Assembly: GCA_964016885.1 (NCBI GenBank)
Contig: OZ024761.1
Span: forward strand, 24,676,001 to 24,740,000
Length of the DNA stretch: 64,000 nt
DNA from: Eledone cirrhosa
Taxonomy: Eukaryota
Reading direction: 5' to 3'
Shown here piece by piece: positions 61,614 to 64,000 of the stretch. How positions within the stretch are numbered: position 1 is the stretch's first letter; every line of letters begins with the position of its first letter. The notes below the pieces were generated by a model. The model made no database searches. It was not told where the DNA came from and saw only the letters and a list, made by a program, of their open reading frames with translations. Both the position numbers and the translations under genes were made by a program.

Positions 61614-63335
61614 TATTTAATACATTAACAGAGAAAGCTTTAAGCAATACTCCGACCGGCTTCCGTCTCACTCAACAAACACTAGGATATACCTTAGTAT
61701 AATCCCAATTATACGTTTGGGGTGCTAACTATACGTATTTTGCGGATAGCCAGTTGTATTATTTTATATGAGACATAATTAAAATACATCTCTCTTTCCA
61801 AACGATCGTTTCATTATAAGTTTCCTACAAATTGGGAAAATAATATCCTGGTTATGTAGAAGCCTACACATAGTCCGTAGGAATATATGTAGGTGGGCAC
61901 TTATAAATCATCAGTGGATGCCTGACAAATATCGATATAAAAAAAAACCTTACCGATATAATGTCCAGCGATGGTACCCCTCCTTGCTAGAATGACCGCC
62001 AAATTTGAAATTCCTGCAGTCTCACAATGAGAAATCTCACACTGCCATCAAGCGGAAATGGGGGGTCATCGCAAAACATAAAATAATAAAATAATATGCA
62101 CGCGGGCCAATTAAATCTTTCAATAATTTTAACCATGCGTGAAGAACTCAATTGGATATAAAAAAATAAATATATGCATGTAGTATTTATACACGTATAT
62201 AGGTATTTTCTTAGGCTAAAAACAGAGATAAGATACCGGAAGAACAATCAATATTTCATACAAAGGATAAATACGGAAAGTCATACCTAAAAGGTATCTG
62301 TAAATATCATCCCTGGCCAAATCACGAGTATAATATTGAATACATTAACAGAGAAAGGTTTAAGCAATACTCCGACCGGCTTCCGTCTCACTCAACAAAC
62401 ATTAGGATATACCTTAGTATAATCCCAATTATACGTTTGGGGTGCTAACTATACGTATTTTGCGGATAGCCAGTTGTATTATTTTATATGCGACATAATT
62501 AAAATACATATCTCTTTCCAAACGATCGTTTCATTATAAGTTTTCTACAAATTGGGAAAATAATGTCCAGGTTATGTAGAAGCCTACACATAGTCCGTAG
62601 GAATATATGTATGTGGGTACTTATAAATCATCAGTGGATGCCCGACAGATATATATATATATATATATCGAGTGAGTGTGAAAGACCAAATGTCATTGTT
62701 GAATGGCTCTGTGTGTATATAATTTTTATTGGAGAAGGTAACAACGCTCTCTTCCACAGTCTATTCTAAATAATAGTATACTATACATTCACAATTATTT
62801 AAAAATTCAATTATAACATTCTGTATTAACATTTAGTATTAATGTATGCTGCCTGTAATATGTATCGTATATATACACTATAATTAGTAAAAATACATAT
62901 TTTTTCCAGCAAAACCTTGATTGCACTGTTTTGTTCTCTCTTATGTATTTTTTAAAAATGTTATTTATTCATTATAAAAATTAAATGATAGCAGTCTATA
63001 TGTGGTGGTGGGGACCGTTGTCTCCTGGTAACCAATATCTTTAGACCCAGTCCGCCACTGAATATAGTACCATATAAATATTCTAGTTCATACATACCGA
63101 TATATTTACACAAGCACATGCACTCACACATATATACTTATATATACATATATACACAGAAACACGCAAACACACACACTTATATATACATATGCATACA
63201 TCTGTACATACACACGCCCACTTATCTATACCGAGGATTTCACACATTTTCCAATATATATATATTTATATATACACATACACTTTACTACTTACCAATG
63301 AAGAGAAGGAGTAGAAACATTGCAGCTTTCATCAT
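54029..63335 (-). CDS. Gene E: paralog, 105 aa ([105 protein letters not shown])
   Basis: Exons 63296-63335, 60867-60887, 58304-58385, 57343-57430, 55262-55288, 54029-54088. GT-AG ends (exon 5 donor is the perfect GTAAGT), 318-nt open frame. Confidence 0.87.
55360..56068 (-). mobile_element. CR1-type LINE 3' end with tandemly repeated 3' tail, inserted in gene E only
   Basis: [13 protein letters not shown]...YSERLASLG...TRGHAYTI...[11 protein letters not shown] motifs. Repeated tail at 55361-55470 and 55497-55610. Absent at the homologous site in gene D (about 46080). Confidence 0.85.
57907..58012 (-). pseudogene. Relic pseudo-exon (C-type exon 3) in intron 3 of gene E
   Basis: Duplicate of 47933-48038; reads [15 protein letters not shown]...; acceptor lost, stops present. 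Confidence 0.6.
61620..62650 (-). mobile_element. Non-autonomous Penelope/retrozyme-like element: two ~310-bp direct repeats (61620-61930, 62340-62650), each with a hammerhead (61797-61918, 62517-62638)
   Basis: Exact 720-bp period. Each repeat reads tcca-CUGAUGA-tttataagt[long structured loop]acttataat-GAA-ACGATCGT-U|tgga on the minus strand. It is flanked by (TA)n and absent from the gene D copy. Confidence 0.75.
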
Positions 63336-64000
63336 GGATGTCTACACTAATTTCAACACCGAAGAATGTAATAGTCAGCTTTGGAAGTTCATCGTAAATA
63401 CTTTATTCGAATGTGCCAGATGTTTGTCCAGGTTAAAACCATATATTTATTTCATATATGTATTGTGATGTTTTAGGGACACATTATGACGTTTTAGTGA
63501 TACAGTTTGACGTTTTAACTGATTTACGTTGATGTGTTTTCGGATATATTTTCATGAAATATAATTTATAGATAGTTTATCGAATTGAAGTATGGAAATG
63601 TTTTCGTTAACCTACTCCTACATATATAGACATGATGGACTCTCACGTCGATTTGACCTATGAGAGTTCAACTGTTTTTTCAGCTCATTGTTCTATGTTT
63701 ATACCTCAATTTTAACTTCCGACTATGTTTGGTGCAAGTGACAGCATTTCGAACAGAGCAGGCTGGAATACCTGACCAGTCTTTGGTTTAAGATCTTATC
63801 CCACAGAGGTGGGCTGAATGATATTTTTCAAAGTTCATTACACATTCGTTGGCAGCCATGGCCTCAAACGAAGAAAGAATTACTGGTATGACCACACTAT
63901 GCGCAACATCGTGGAACTGACTATACAACATTATCTTAGGAGTGAAACAAGAGCAGCATCATCAGCAAACAGCAAATCGCGAATGATACTTGTTCGTGTG

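Overview
AT-rich animal genomic DNA. The TA/CA microsatellite load, Nin-domain SINEs and Penelope/RTE/CR1 debris suggest a coleoid cephalopod, but that is inference. Almost all ORFs in the supplied track are (TA)n/(CA)n artefacts. Reading the minus strand between the repeats reveals a head-to-tail tandem array of a small six-exon gene that the ORF track misses: four complete copies (B 9733-28551, C 30770-39785, D 44544-52772, E 54029-63335) plus exon 1 of a fifth (A 9273-9312). All exons have GT-AG ends and consistent phases. They encode 104-114 aa proteins with a signal peptide, a hypervariable C-x7-C-x11-C-x8-C-x7-C-x11-C domain, an NGG/NGS linker and a hydrophobic C-terminal tail, i.e. a predicted GPI-anchored family. 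The cysteine-domain exons diverge much faster than the surrounding introns: D vs E has 16 amino-acid-changing codons and no synonymous-only codon. The array also shows a duplicated micro-exon, relic pseudo-exons and a mosaic exon 2. Introns and intergenic DNA carry many Penelope-type minimal hammerhead ribozyme motifs with palindromic helix III, including a 720-bp-period double-hammerhead element, plus fold-back palindromes, LINE fragments and one 200-N gap.
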